DNA from: Octopus sinensis
Lineage: Eukaryota
DNA length: 64,000 bases
Direction of reading: 5' to 3'
Assembly (NCBI RefSeq): GCF_006345805.1
Contig: NC_043011.1
Location: 1,488,001 to 1,552,000 of the forward strand
Shown: in pieces, positions 38,601 to 50,894 of the stretch
Position numbering within the stretch: the first letter of the stretch is position 1
Layout: the number at the start of each line of letters is the position of its first letter
Notes under the pieces: model-generated
Seen by the model: only the letters and a program-made list of their open reading frames with translations
What the model was told of the DNA's origin: nothing
The model's database searches: none
Position numbers and translations under genes: made by a program

Positions 38601-40430
38601 TTTTAACTACAATACTCAGCACTCTCATATTTTTTTGGTACACACTCTCAATACTTTTAACTACAATACTCAGCACTCTCGAATTGTTTTTGGAACATAC
38701 TCTCAATACTTTTAACTACAATACTCAGCACTCTCATATTGTTTTTGGTACACACTCTCAATACTTTTAACTACAATACTCAGCACTCTCATATTGTTTT
38801 TGGTACACACTCTCAATACTTTTAACTACAATACTCAGCACTCTCGAATTGTTTTTGGAACATACTCTCAATACTTTTAACTACAATACTCAGCACTCTC
38901 ATATTGTTTTTGGTACACACTCTCAATACTTTTAACTACAATACTCAGCACTCTCGAATTGTTTTTGGAACATACTCTCAATACTTTTAACTACAATACT
39001 CAGCACTCTCATATTGTTTTTGGTACACACTCTCAATACTTTTAACTACAATACTCAGCACTCTCGAATTGTTTTTGGAACATACTCTCAATACTTTTAC
39101 TACAATACTCAGCACTCTCATATTGTTTTTGGTACACACTCTCAATACTTTTAACTACAATAGTCAGCACTCTCATATTGTTTTTGGTACACACTCTCAA
39201 TACTTTTAACTACAATACTCAGCACTCTCGAATTGTTTTTGGTACACGCTCTCAATACTTTTAACTACAATACTCAGCACTCTCATATTGTTTTTGGTAC
39301 ACACTCTCAATACTTTTAACTACAATACTCAGCACTCTCGAATTGTTTTTGGTACACACTCTCAATGCTTTTAACTACAATACTCAGCACTCTCATATTG
39401 TTTTTGGTACACACTCTCAATACTTTTAACTACAATACTCAGCACTCTCGAATTGTTTTTGGTACACGCTCTCAATACTTTTAACTACAATACTCAGCAC
39501 TCTCATATTGTTTTTGGTACACACTCTCAATACTTTTAACTACAATACTCAGCACTTTCGAATTGTTTTTGGTACACACTCTCAATGATTGTAACTACAA
39601 TACTCAGCACTCTCGAATTGTTTTTGGTACACGCTCTCAATGCTTTTAACTACAGTACTCAGCACTGTCAAATTGTTTTTGGTACACACTCTCAATGCTT
39701 TTAACTACAATACTCAGCACTCTCGAATTGTTTTTGGTACACACTCTCAATGATTGTAACTACAATACTCAGCACTCTCAAATTGTTTTTGGTACACGCT
39801 CTCAATGCTTTTAACTACAGTACTCAGCACTCTCAAATAATTTTTGGTACATGCTCTCAATGCTTTTAACTACAATACTCATTTGTAATTGTGACTTAGC
39901 TGACTGCTTTGAAATACTTCCAGCTGCATCATAGGAATATGTTTTATTGAAGGCTGGCACTCGACAATTTGCAACAAAAATTGTCATGCATGCACTTGTA
40001 CTTTGATTACTGAAGTTAAACATTTTAAATAAAGTTATTTGCTTCTCCACAAGTGTTTCTTATTACAATTTATTTGAGTAGAATTGTTAATCAGAAATAC
40101 TCTTGAACATGTGTTTCTGCTGAGGAATACAGCGATAGCAAAAGACAATTTTGTTCAAGTGCTTTGATAGAGCTTCATTAGATGCAAACACTGAATGGAA
40201 ATATTGAAAGAACTACATTATTAATTTTCCTTCTCTAAAACTTAATTGCTTAACAAAAGCTTACTCTGCATACTTCACCTTATCTTCACTCTTCAGCCTT
40301 TCACTCTTATCAGTTGATAACATTGACTACAATAATGCAACAGTTACTCTGAGAGCAGATTCCTTAAACAGCAGAAAACCACTTTTTGTAGATTCCAATT
40401 ATAAGACATTGAATCTTAAATCAGAATTCT
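32620..40430 (-). pseudogene. Decayed non-TE-like coding sequence split by the 55-bp satellite (tentatively very-large-GTPase, VLIG/GVIN-like)
   Basis: Right flank reads ...ETLVEKQITLFKMFNFSNQSTSACMTIF...KSQLQMSIVVKSIESMYQKLFE; the left flank resumes in the same frame with YQKQYECAHQMKKFLSLKYV. Scattered stops. The family call rests only on remembered motif resemblance. Confidence 0.4.
33136..39880. repeat. 55-bp satellite array (about 122 units) with higher-order duplications
   Basis: Unit catattgtttttggtacacactctcaatacttttaactacaatactcagcactct; unit starts 33141, 33196, 33251. Confidence 0.97.
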
Positions 40431-40439
40431 ACACATTTA

Positions 40440-42830
40440 CTAAAATCTGTTCAGTTTTCTTGATGTGTTCACGCTGTGTCATTCATGCATATTTATGCTG
40501 CATATCTAGCAGTGCATGATAGCTTCATTTCTTTCCAAGTCTTTTCAAGTTCTCTGCATTCAAGGCCCATGTCTCACTACCAAGCAGCATTACAGTTCTA
40601 GCACATGCATCATGCAATCTACTCTTCACTCAGAGGGAAAAGACCTTTGTTTTCAACAATGGTAGAAACTCCGTGAACTTTCTCCAACTTGTTCTTACTT
40701 TGGCTACTTTACTTTCAGAGCAACTACCTCCTCTGCTAATTACATCTCCTAAGTAATATAGTAATCTATTCAAGCAATTACGAAAATCTATTTTAAATGT
40801 TCTCATAGTGTCTACTGTTTCATTGCACTTATCACATATGAAGATTACTTTCTCTGTTAATATGCTTATGATTCCACTAAAACATGGGATGCAGTGAATG
40901 GAGATTATACCTACTTCTTTCCTGCATGTCAAGCGAAGCTATTTACCTGAATACATCATTTTCTTTCTTGATTTACTAAAACCATAGTCTTTACTGTTTA
41001 CTTTGAGGCTTCTTGATTTCAGGTTTAGCTTTCATGCCTAGAATTTCTTCTCTAATTCCCTATAGATTCAGTTATGAAAACATCAGTGCATAGAGGTTCC
41101 CATGCACCACTAGTCTTAAACACCATTGTGATGGCATGACTCTGATGAATGGGAGAGGCCCGAAGACTGGACCTTGACGGCCTCCTATTCTTGCATCAAA
41201 TTGTCACTGAAATCTTTGTTGACTCTCACTTTATTTATTGCATCTTTGTGTATAATTTGTGCTGTTCTCACAAGACATTCATCTATATTTAGTCTCCTTA
41301 GTAACTACCAAATGACTGTATGTGGTACCCAGTCATATACCTTCTCCAAGTCAATGAATGCCAGGAATAGTGGTCTACTTTTAGCTAAGTATTTCTTCAG
41401 CATTTTCCACACTAGGGAGATTGTATCAGTAGTATCTCTACCTAGTATGAAACCAAACTGCATTTCATCTAGGTTTCTTCTGTAATGGGCTAACTGTACT
41501 GTGACTCTCTCTATGACTTTCATAACCTGATCTAATAGTTTGAATAGTTTGATTCCGCTATATTTGCTTCTCTCTAAGGTACCTCCTCTTGTAGCAATTT
41601 GTGATAATACTACTACAGCAGTCAGTTAGTATAAAACCTTCATGTGTAATTTATTACCTGTAAAGGTGGTAACCATATGTCTTACCTCACCAGATATTTC
41701 GAACATCCCTACAATTATTCCTGACCTGCAGCTTTCTCTTGCATCATGTTCTTTATTACATCATCTTCCAGGCTGCTGTCAACTTGGATTGCAGGTCTTT
41801 CTGTTGAGTCAACATGAAGTAGACTCTTTTATCTCATGCAACCTCTCATTATAGTACTTACATGACTATTTTCTTGTTCTCCCTATTGAGACAAGTATTC
41901 CATCATCATTCCTTAGTATGGTGTTTCTTCACTTGCCACCAGCACAGGAGTCAGGACCGCTGGACTGACTCCTGTGCTGGTGGCAAATGAAGAAACACCA
42001 TTTCGAGCCTGTGCTTCAGGAGATCCATTGAGTCAAGTACACCGACATCAAAATCAATGGAAACTGCAGTTGTGATCCCTGAGCCAGTGGCATGTAAAAA
42101 GCGCTATCCGAATCATGGCCAATGCCAGCGCCGCCTTGACTAGCTTCCGTGCCGGTGGCACGTAAAAAGCACCCACTACACTCACGGAGTGGTTGGCGTT
42201 AGGAAGGGCATCCAGCTGTAGAAACACTGCCAGATCAGACTGGAGCCTGGTGCAGCCTTCTGGCTTCCCAGATCCCCGGTCAAACCGTCCAACCCATGCT
42301 AGCATGGAAAGTGGACGTTAAACGATGATAATGATGATGATGATGATGATGATTCCAAGTACATTTCTCACTTCTCACTAACAATCTGCCTTTCTTTCTC
42401 ACTTATTGTCTCACAATCTTGAACATTTTACATTGCAGGACTTGTGCAAATCTCTTACTTTCTAACTCACTCTTAGCTACTTACACCTGTTGTCTAGCTG
42501 CTCTTCTAACAATCTGATAATGCTCTCTATTATCACTTTTCTTCTAGATTTTCCAAACCTGTCTCATAGTGTTATCTGCTTTCTCAACCATATCATTCCA
42601 CCACCAAGTTACCTTTGGTTTGGCTGGGTATTTGCTCCCTGTCATGTCTGACTGTAGTCCTAAGCAGGTTATTTATTTTGTAGAAATTCTCAGTTGTCGC
42701 TTTACAAGTATCTAAATCTCTCTCCCTACAGCTGTATGCATCAATTAGAATTTCTCTAAACTTATCCCCAGCAGCCGGATCTTTTAGTTTCCGCATCTTC
42801 TTCTTCCACATCATCTGTTTTTTGTGGTAG
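40440..42830 (-). mobile_element. Degenerate RTE LINE (linker, RT, C-terminus), interrupted at 41918-42352
   Basis: KLKDPAAGDKFREIL; EMQFGFILGRDTTDTI; AFIDLEKVYDWVP; YYLGDVISRGGSCSES; SETWALNAENLKRL. Confidence 0.9.
41918..42352 (+). mobile_element. RTE 3'-UTR retrocopy with a 5' fold-back
   Basis: Ends ggagtggttggcgttaggaagggcatccagc...ccaacccatgctagcatgg...(GAT)n; begins with a 37-bp stem, 41918-41954 / 41965-42001. Confidence 0.88.
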
Positions 42831-43762
42831 GAAAGATACATCTATCTATTTATCTTTAGACATACATCTGTCAGTTTATCTACCTCTCTTTTTCTCTATC
42901 ATCATCAACTTCTGTTCACTTTTCTGTGCTGGCATAGTTTGAACGGATCATTTCACTCATTGCATGCTGTGTCAGCTGGTTCACACCGTAATAGAGAAAA
43001 CAAGCCAACTTCAATGTTGTTCTATCTTATATATTCATCCATTTGGAAGGACTAAAGAGCTCCCTCCAGTATATAATGTTTCTAATTCCGAGTTACGGTC
43101 CTCTTAGAAAAGTAGCATCCTCATTTCTCTGGACCATACATTCCACTATGGCACATTTTCCATAACTGGATGCTCTCTTTACCACTAAAACCTTTGGAGA
43201 GTATACAGCAGTGGCGAAGGGTGACTAGGAAACAAGGGCATGCAATCCCCACCCACTGAGGTTGGTGGTGGTGGTGGTGGATTTTCGAGTGCTCTACCCT
43301 CACCCGTTTTCCATGGAAAGTGTAGTATTATATACTTTGAAATATGGGGTGTCTGAAAAGGAAAATAGTTTCCCCCCTATGATGCACCATTTTGAAGTAG
43401 TTAGTAAGACATGAGTAACGTACATATAACTTTGGAAATCACCTTCCAACGATTTCATCCAGTAAGGGCTATTCAAGCCAATGTACAACTTCTGTCTTTA
43501 CTGACATTGACATATCCTCTAAACCTTTCTTGAAGTCTTTCCTTCTCAACAACAAATCACAAAACACATAACAGTTAAGGTCTGTAGTCTCACAAAACAT
43601 AACAACAACACATGCAGTTTCTTTCGATCATTGGCTTAATTACACATTCACTTGTAATAATTATACAATTAAATGATTTCATTTTCAATATCACTTCAAA
43701 CCTGAGAAAATATGTTCTTATACTGACATGGGAAACATAGGAAAATTTGTACAGAATGGATC

Positions 43763-43812
<50 letters not shown>

Positions 43813-43947
43813 TTGTCAATTTTTTTCTTTTCGCTCTGTGTGGGAAATAGCCAAGAAAACTCTGGGGTCACATGACTGAATTCAGGTCTGGAGAAGGGAT
43901 CAAAAATACTCTCTCCATTGGTTAAATCTCTTTTTGAAAGCAAGTTT

Positions 43948-44111
43948 GGGTGGTTGGTAAGAAGTTTGCTTCGTAACTACATGGTTCTTGGTCCAGTCTT
44001 CTACTAGTGTCTTCTACTATAGCCTTAGGCTGTCTAAAACCTTGTAAGTGGACTTGATAGAGGAAAACTGTAAACCTGTTGTATATATGTATGTGTGTTT
44101 GTTTATGTATG

Positions 44112-44145
<34 letters not shown>

Positions 44146-44388
44146 ATACGTGTGTGTACTTGTATGTGCATCTTTGTGTCTGTGTTTGTCCTTCACCAAT
44201 GCTTGACAACTAGTGTTGGTGTGTTTACATTCCCATAACTTAGCAGTTCGGCATGAGAGACCAAAAGAATAAGCACCAGGCTTTAAAAAAAGTACTGGAG
44301 TAGATTCATTAGACTAAAATTTATTGAAGGGGGTGCCCCAGCATGGCCACAATTTACTGATTTAAACAAGCAGAAGATAAAAGATAAA
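43948..44388 (+). mobile_element. SINE family A (degenerate)
   Basis: ggtaagaagtttgct...actatagccttagg...ggggtgccccagcatggccaca...aagataaaagata. Confidence 0.8.
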
Positions 44389-45192
44389 ATGTGTATTCTT
44401 CGGTACTGAATAATCATATGAAAAACATCAGAAAGCAATAAAACAAACTTGTAAATTGACTAAATATGCATTTCTCATCTAAATCTGTCTGACGATGAGG
44501 AAAGCCTCAGGAAATTCCTCTGAATAGGCAAGTTTTTGATCTTTGCTGCACAGGTAGTAAAAACATAAGCACTTCAAGAGAATAAAAAAGTTGATGTGTC
44601 TGCTGGCGTAACAAGTCTGAAAGGCAAACAGCAAAATGTCTGCTTTCTCTTTCTTGACCACTAACTCATTTTTTGTTTCTCTTCTCGACAATAAAAGAAT
44701 ACAAAGAAAATAATATCACTGCTCTTACTATGACTGTAAGCTAGCAGTAAAAAAAATCTGCTTTCCTTTTCCTATGTTTCTGTTGACAAATTTTTACTAA
44801 GAAATGAAGGAATGCGAAATAAAAGTAAATATGTCAACAATGAATCTAGTGAAAAATTATCAATAATCAATTGTATATTTACATAAAAATTATTTATTGT
44901 GGAAAAATAGTAAGGTGTGCAGTGCATGCGTTGCATACATAAATCCTTTGCCCTGGTATACTAGATATATTTTATCATTTAATCAATGCAAGTGAAGTTA
45001 TTCTTTGCAAGGAGGTCCTCATTACCCAGTGTCAGATCTTATTTGGGGTTACTGCCCTCAGGACATCAGAAAATGACAGAAAGTATACTAAGGAAAAGTG
45101 CAGAAAAAATTGAGGTTAGGATGAAATATTAATATTTAAATGTTAATAGTAAAATGTTAGTAAACTTGAAACAGATTTGTTTTTTTGTTTAA

Positions 45193-45405
45193 CCCTTTTG
45201 TTACCAACCCGGCTGAAACTGGCTCTGAGTACAAATGTCTTGTTTTCATAAGTTTTAAATTAAAATCTACCACCAAACCTTAGTCACAATTTATTTCCTA
45301 ACACTAGCTTAATGATAACTAAGTTATTTTACTAAATTCTTTGTTATATTTAAAGTAATTGAAAGAAACACAGAGCATCTCAAAATAAATGCGGTAACAA
45401 AAGGG
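45193..45405. mobile_element. piggyBac-type MITE (second copy)
   Basis: TTAA flanks; perfect 13-bp TIR CCCTTTTGTTACC / GGTAACAAAAGGG. Confidence 0.92.
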
Positions 45406-45855
45406 TTAAGCCTTTGAACACTGGGCATCTTAATGCCTCATAGCTAAAATATCGATCATTCGCAGTCCCAAAATTTGTATCTTGCGTTTCATCCTGAGAG
45501 CATTAAACCAACAGCTTGAGTTGAAAGCTTTAATATTTCATGAATCTTTCACTCATTAATGAGAATGTGGATGGTCTTTTTCTCTTTTAGAAACAGACAG
45601 TCATTTTTAGGTTCATGCAATATTTCTGTGACTGAATTTTTTTGGTGATGAATAAACGTATATTGAAATCTTTTGTTACTTGTGTAAGCCATAACCCCAA
45701 TCAAATGCCCATGCATAGCTAATAGTGGAGTCCTGCTTACATCTATTTGATGAAATGAATGAGTATGTAACTTGCCGGTTTAGAAGTGTAGAAGCCATCA
45801 TAGTAAAAAGAGAAGTGACTAAAACAAAAAACAAAAAGAACAAAGAAAAATCTAC

Positions 45856-46025
45856 AGGCGCAGGAGTGGCTGTGTGGTAAGTAGCTTGCTAACCAACCAC
45901 ATGGTTCCGGGTTCAGTCCCACTGCGTGGCACCTTGGGCAAGTGTCTTTTGCTATAGCCCCGGGCCGACCAATGCCTTGTGAGTGGATTTGGTAGACGGA
46001 AACTGAAAGAAGCCCGTCGTATATA

Positions 46026-46074
<49 letters not shown>

Positions 46075-46286
46075 CGTGTATGTTTGTGTGTCTGTGTTTG
46101 TCTCCCTAGCATTGCTTGACAACCGATGCTGGTGTGTTTACATCCCCGTCACTTAGCGGTTCGGCAAAAGAGACCGATAGAATAAGTACTGGGCTTACAA
46201 AAGAATAATCGAGTTGCTCGATTAAAAGGCGGTGCTCCAGCATGGCCGCAGTCAAATGACTGAAACAAGTAAAAGAGTAAAGAGTA
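45856..46286 (+). mobile_element. SINE family A, full length
   Basis: aggcgcaggagtggctgtgtggtaag head, internal microsatellite, (gagtaaaa)n tail. Confidence 0.93.
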
Positions 46287-47028
46287 TATTGTGATTGAAG
46301 GCCCAGGTGATTGATTGACAATGATTCATTCATGGACAGGCTTCAGCCACTACTACACACATCACTGTGTTTCCTCTCTAAGTTTCTTCTATTACCATTA
46401 CGATGCCCTCTGATCTTCCAGAAAAATACACACTCATCTTCTGCATTTCCTTATCTCACACACCTCTCTGCATCTCACCTCCCAGACTTTACTCTACTTC
46501 ACCCAATCCTTCCACTTAAGAAGTGCAGCGCTCATTTTACCCTATTCATACCAACTAGAGATGTTCGAGTGGAACTTCAACTGCATTAATTGTCCCAGTC
46601 TGGGAGAAAGTGCAAAGGTCATGGATACTGCATCTCGAGTTTGATTAACTTTCAAAAAAAAAAAATATCAATCAGGTAAAACTTGACCAGATCATATTAT
46701 GAGATATTGGGACATTTTATACAACAATTTGTTATGCTGGTAAAGAAAAATAAGTATTAATGTGTAAGTGAACATGTGTGTGTGTGATTATGTGTAAGAT
46801 TGGGTCAATGAGATGTTTGTATATGTGAATGGATGTGATTGTGTGTGACTGTATGTGTTAGTGTCTAAGGAAGTTGCAAAGAGATGTAAAAGTGTATGGG
46901 TAGTAGTGTCAATATTAGCATGTGACTAAGTTTCCCTCCCTCTGACACATTCTCTCTCTCCATTCATACTCTCACATATGTATACATGCATACAGACATA
47001 AATATGTGTGTGTGTATCTATCTATCTA

Positions 47029-47029
<1 letters not shown>

Positions 47030-47079
<50 letters not shown>

Positions 47080-47160
47080 TGTTACATAAATGTATATATA
47101 TGCAAATATATGTATACATGAGTATATACATATACACGCACCCACAAGTAGATAGATGAT

Positions 47161-47196
<36 letters not shown>

Positions 47197-47409
47197 TATA
47201 TATATACACATACACACACACACACACATATATATGTATACATATATATACATATATATATATATATATACTATATATATATATACATATATATATATTA
47301 TATATATATATATACATTATATATATATATATATATATACATAATATATATATATATATATATATGTATACATATATATATATATATATATATGTATACA
47401 TATATATAC

Positions 47410-47444
<35 letters not shown>

Positions 47445-47499
47445 CATATATAATATATATATACATATATATATATTACATATATATATATATATATAT

Positions 47500-47535
<36 letters not shown>

Positions 47536-47575
47536 CATATATATATATATATATATATGTACATATATATATATA

Positions 47576-47608
<33 letters not shown>

Positions 47609-47615
47609 CATATAC
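47030..47615. repeat. Long compound (TA)n-rich microsatellite
   Basis: Directly visible; explains ORFs 47026-47754. Confidence 0.95.
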
Positions 47616-48582
47616 ACTCTCGGAGTGGTTGGCGTTAGGAAGGGCATCCAGCTGTAGAAACACTGCCAGATCTGACTGGCCTGGTGCAGCCTTCGGGCTT
47701 GCCAGACCCCAGTTGAACCGTCCAACCCATGCTAGCATGGAAAGCGGACGTTAAACGATGATGATGATGATGATATATATATACATATATGATACCTGTG
47801 CCGGTGACACATAAAAAGCACCATCCGAACGTGGCCGTTGCCAGTGCAGCCTCCACTGACTTCTGTGCCGGTGGCACATAAAAAGCACCATCCGAACGTG
47901 ACCGATGCCAACCCCGCCTCGAATGGCTTCTGTGCCGGTGGCACATAAAAAGCACCACCCGAACGTGGCCGATACCAGCACCGCCCCGACTGGCTTCTAT
48001 GTCGGTGGCACATAAAAAGCACCATCCGAGCGTGGCCGACGCCAGCACCGCCTCGACTGGCTTCTGTGCCGGTGGCACATAAAAAGCACCAACCGATCGT
48101 GGGATCCCGGAACATCTCGCTGTGCTTGAGGAGACCTGTTGAGTCAAGTGCATGTACATGAACATCGAACCAAATATCAATGGAAACAGTAGTTGTGATA
48201 CCTGTGCCGGTGACACATAAAAAGCACCATCCGAACGTGGCCGTTGCCAGTGGAGCCTTCGCTGGCTTCTGTGCCGGTGGCACATAAAAAGCACCATCCG
48301 AACGTGACCGATGCTAACCCAGCCTCGAATGGCTTCTGTGCCGGTGGCACATAAAAAAGCACCAACCGATCGTGGCCGATGCCAGACCCCTCTGGCACCT
48401 GTGCAGGTGGCACGTAAAAGGCACCCACTACACTCACGGAGTGGTTGGCGTTAGGAAGGGCATCCAGCTGTAGAAACTCTGCTAGATCAGACTGGAGCCT
48501 GGGGCAGCCCCTGGCTCCCCAGATCCCGGTCGAACCGTCCAACCCGTGCTAGCGCGGAAAACGGATGTTAAACGATGATGAT
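47615..48582 (+). mobile_element. Clustered RTE 3'-UTR retrocopies with a 67-bp internal VNTR
   Basis: Tail copy 47615-47772. ataaaaagcacc recurs at 47811, 47878, 47945, 48012 and 48079. A second block restarts near 48198 and ends in the RTE tail plus (GAT)n. Confidence 0.9.
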
Positions 48583-48583
48583 G

Positions 48584-48616
<33 letters not shown>

Positions 48617-49506
48617 CACACATACACACATACATTCACTCACAAATGTATATGTTTATATAGATGCAACTTTATATATGAATGTGTAATAATAAAAGAA
48701 AGAGAGTGGGGCGGGGCGAAAGAGACGGAAGCTAGCTATTTAGCACTAACTGATAGAAGGCTGCCATGGTTTCCCAATTTCTCTTGATATGGAAGCTGCA
48801 ACATCAAAATAATTGCATCTTATGAATGCTTCCCCTGCTAAAGTTATTTGCTAATGATTTATATCTTTGTTTATGTTTTATTCAGCAGCTGAGAAGTTAT
48901 CCCTTCTTGAAAATTGTTCTGCATCAGTTTCTTAAGAAAAATGTTACTTACAATAGAATATATATTTATGTGTGCACTGAGTCATATACTCTCACACATA
49001 CATTCATCTACACACACACAAGCATATATGCTTACATTTACTTCATAATATATTAAAATTTTGATCATACCTATAATATTTTATTTATATTAATTATATT
49101 TTGGTTCTTCCATTATTCCACATATGACATTCATAGGGGAATTTCACAGCTTTAATATTGCTTTACCTCATAGTCTTAATTTTACTTGGCACAAATACAT
49201 GTAGGGAGAAATAGGAAATAATGATGCTACAATTCTGTTCTTTTTCTTTTTTGAAAAGGAACAAAGACCCTATATCGTTGTGGCCAAGACAAAAGGGAAA
49301 TTAGAAGTGTTTGTATCATTGATGATTTGGTTTTCCTCGAGGGCATTTAGACATTAATTATACTGGCTTCAGTTGTGAACTGACGTGAGTTTATCATGTT
49401 GGTTCTCTGGGAATTTATCAGCTACTCTGGGATACTCACCACAAGCCAATAAATGACTGTTACAGGTATTGCATTAACAACAGGAGTAACTGTAGCAATC
49501 TCTGGA

Positions 49507-49896
49507 TACTCTCTCTTTTACTCTTTTACTTGTTTCAGTCATTTGACTGTGGCCATGCTGGAGCTCCACCTTTAGTCGAGCATATCGACCCCAGGACTTA
49601 TTCTTTTGAAAGCCTAGTACTTATTCTATCGGTCTCTTTTGCCGAACTGCTAAGTTACGGGGACGTAAACACACCAGCATCGGTTGTCAAGCGATATTGG
49701 GAGGATAAACACAGACACACACATACATATATATACATATATACGACGGGCTTCTTTCAGTTTCCGTCTACCAAATCCACTCACAAGGCTTTGGTCGGTT
49801 TGAGGCTATAGTAGAAGACACTTGCCCAAGGTGCCATGTAGTGGGACTGAACCCTAAACCATGTGGTCAGTAAGCAAGCTAATTACCACACAGCCA
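49507..49896 (-). mobile_element. SINE family A
   Basis: As above. Confidence 0.92.
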
Positions 49897-50894
49897 TAGA
49901 TTTTGTTGTTTGTTTTAATTTAAAATCTATCTTTGTCATTCTCCCTATTTAAGTAATTGGGGCAATTCAAGAAACAGTTTCTGCCTTAGACATATTTTGT
50001 ACTTGCAGTATTTTGTAGTATCCCTTTGTGTTTGCAGTTCAAAACAAAGTGGCAATCAACTTTGCTCTCAAATTTTCCAGGGCTGAAAGAATAAGAGCCA
50101 GTCAAGTATTGAGCTCAATATAATTTCTCTTACCTCTCCAGCAAAATGTGACCGGGTGCCTACATTTGAAATCTTTATTATTTAAGTACAATGATATTCA
50201 TAATTAACAGAGAGAACATATTTTTCTGATCTGAGTTTAAGTCATACTGGAGACGACTTTACCATTTGTTATTCAGGGATTAATCAAAATATGTATTGGT
50301 CAAGTTCTGTGTCAATTTAAAGGATTATACCTCTCTCACAAAGTGCATGGTCATGTGTCTAAAACAGAAACTGTAACTGTGCAAAAAAAAACAAACAAAA
50401 TTAATAAATGAAGAAACAGAAATATAATTTGTCTGTAAAATAATGACAAAAGGAATATTTTTTGGGTTATAAACTAGCTTAAAGCCAATGAAAAGTAATT
50501 AAACTAAAATTTGTTTAATAGAAAATATATTGAATTTATGAACAGGACAAACCACATTCTATTAGAAAATTGCAACAATTAATTTCAGAGGAAGCATTTG
50601 AGTTGACAGAATTTCTTGTTACTTTTATTTCTGTTTAATTTTGATAGAAATTTATGTATTTATATTTTTCATTCACAATTAGCTAATTTTTGTTGCTTCT
50701 CTATATCACCTTCGACTACTTTGGGAAGATTACAAAGATACAAATATTTACATGCAAATATTTGATGAAAATATTTAAGTTTCCATAAGATAATTGTCAT
50801 ATAGGTGTAGGCATGGCAATGTGGTGAATAGTTTGCTTCTGAACACATGGTTCCAGGTTCAGTTCCCCTGTGCAACACCTTAGGAAAGTGTCTT

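Noticed and set aside
33136-39880. CRISPR-like regular repeats (also 18202-21210 and 51231-52443)
   Set aside because: Head-to-tail units with no unique spacers, no cas genes, eukaryotic context.
43228-43420. Possible hAT MITE starting CAGTGGCG
   Set aside because: No convincing matching TIR or 8-bp TSD found.
47026-47754. YIYI/MYVC ORFs here and at 1333, 5104-5629, 61263-62056 and 63641-63996
   Set aside because: Microsatellite translations.
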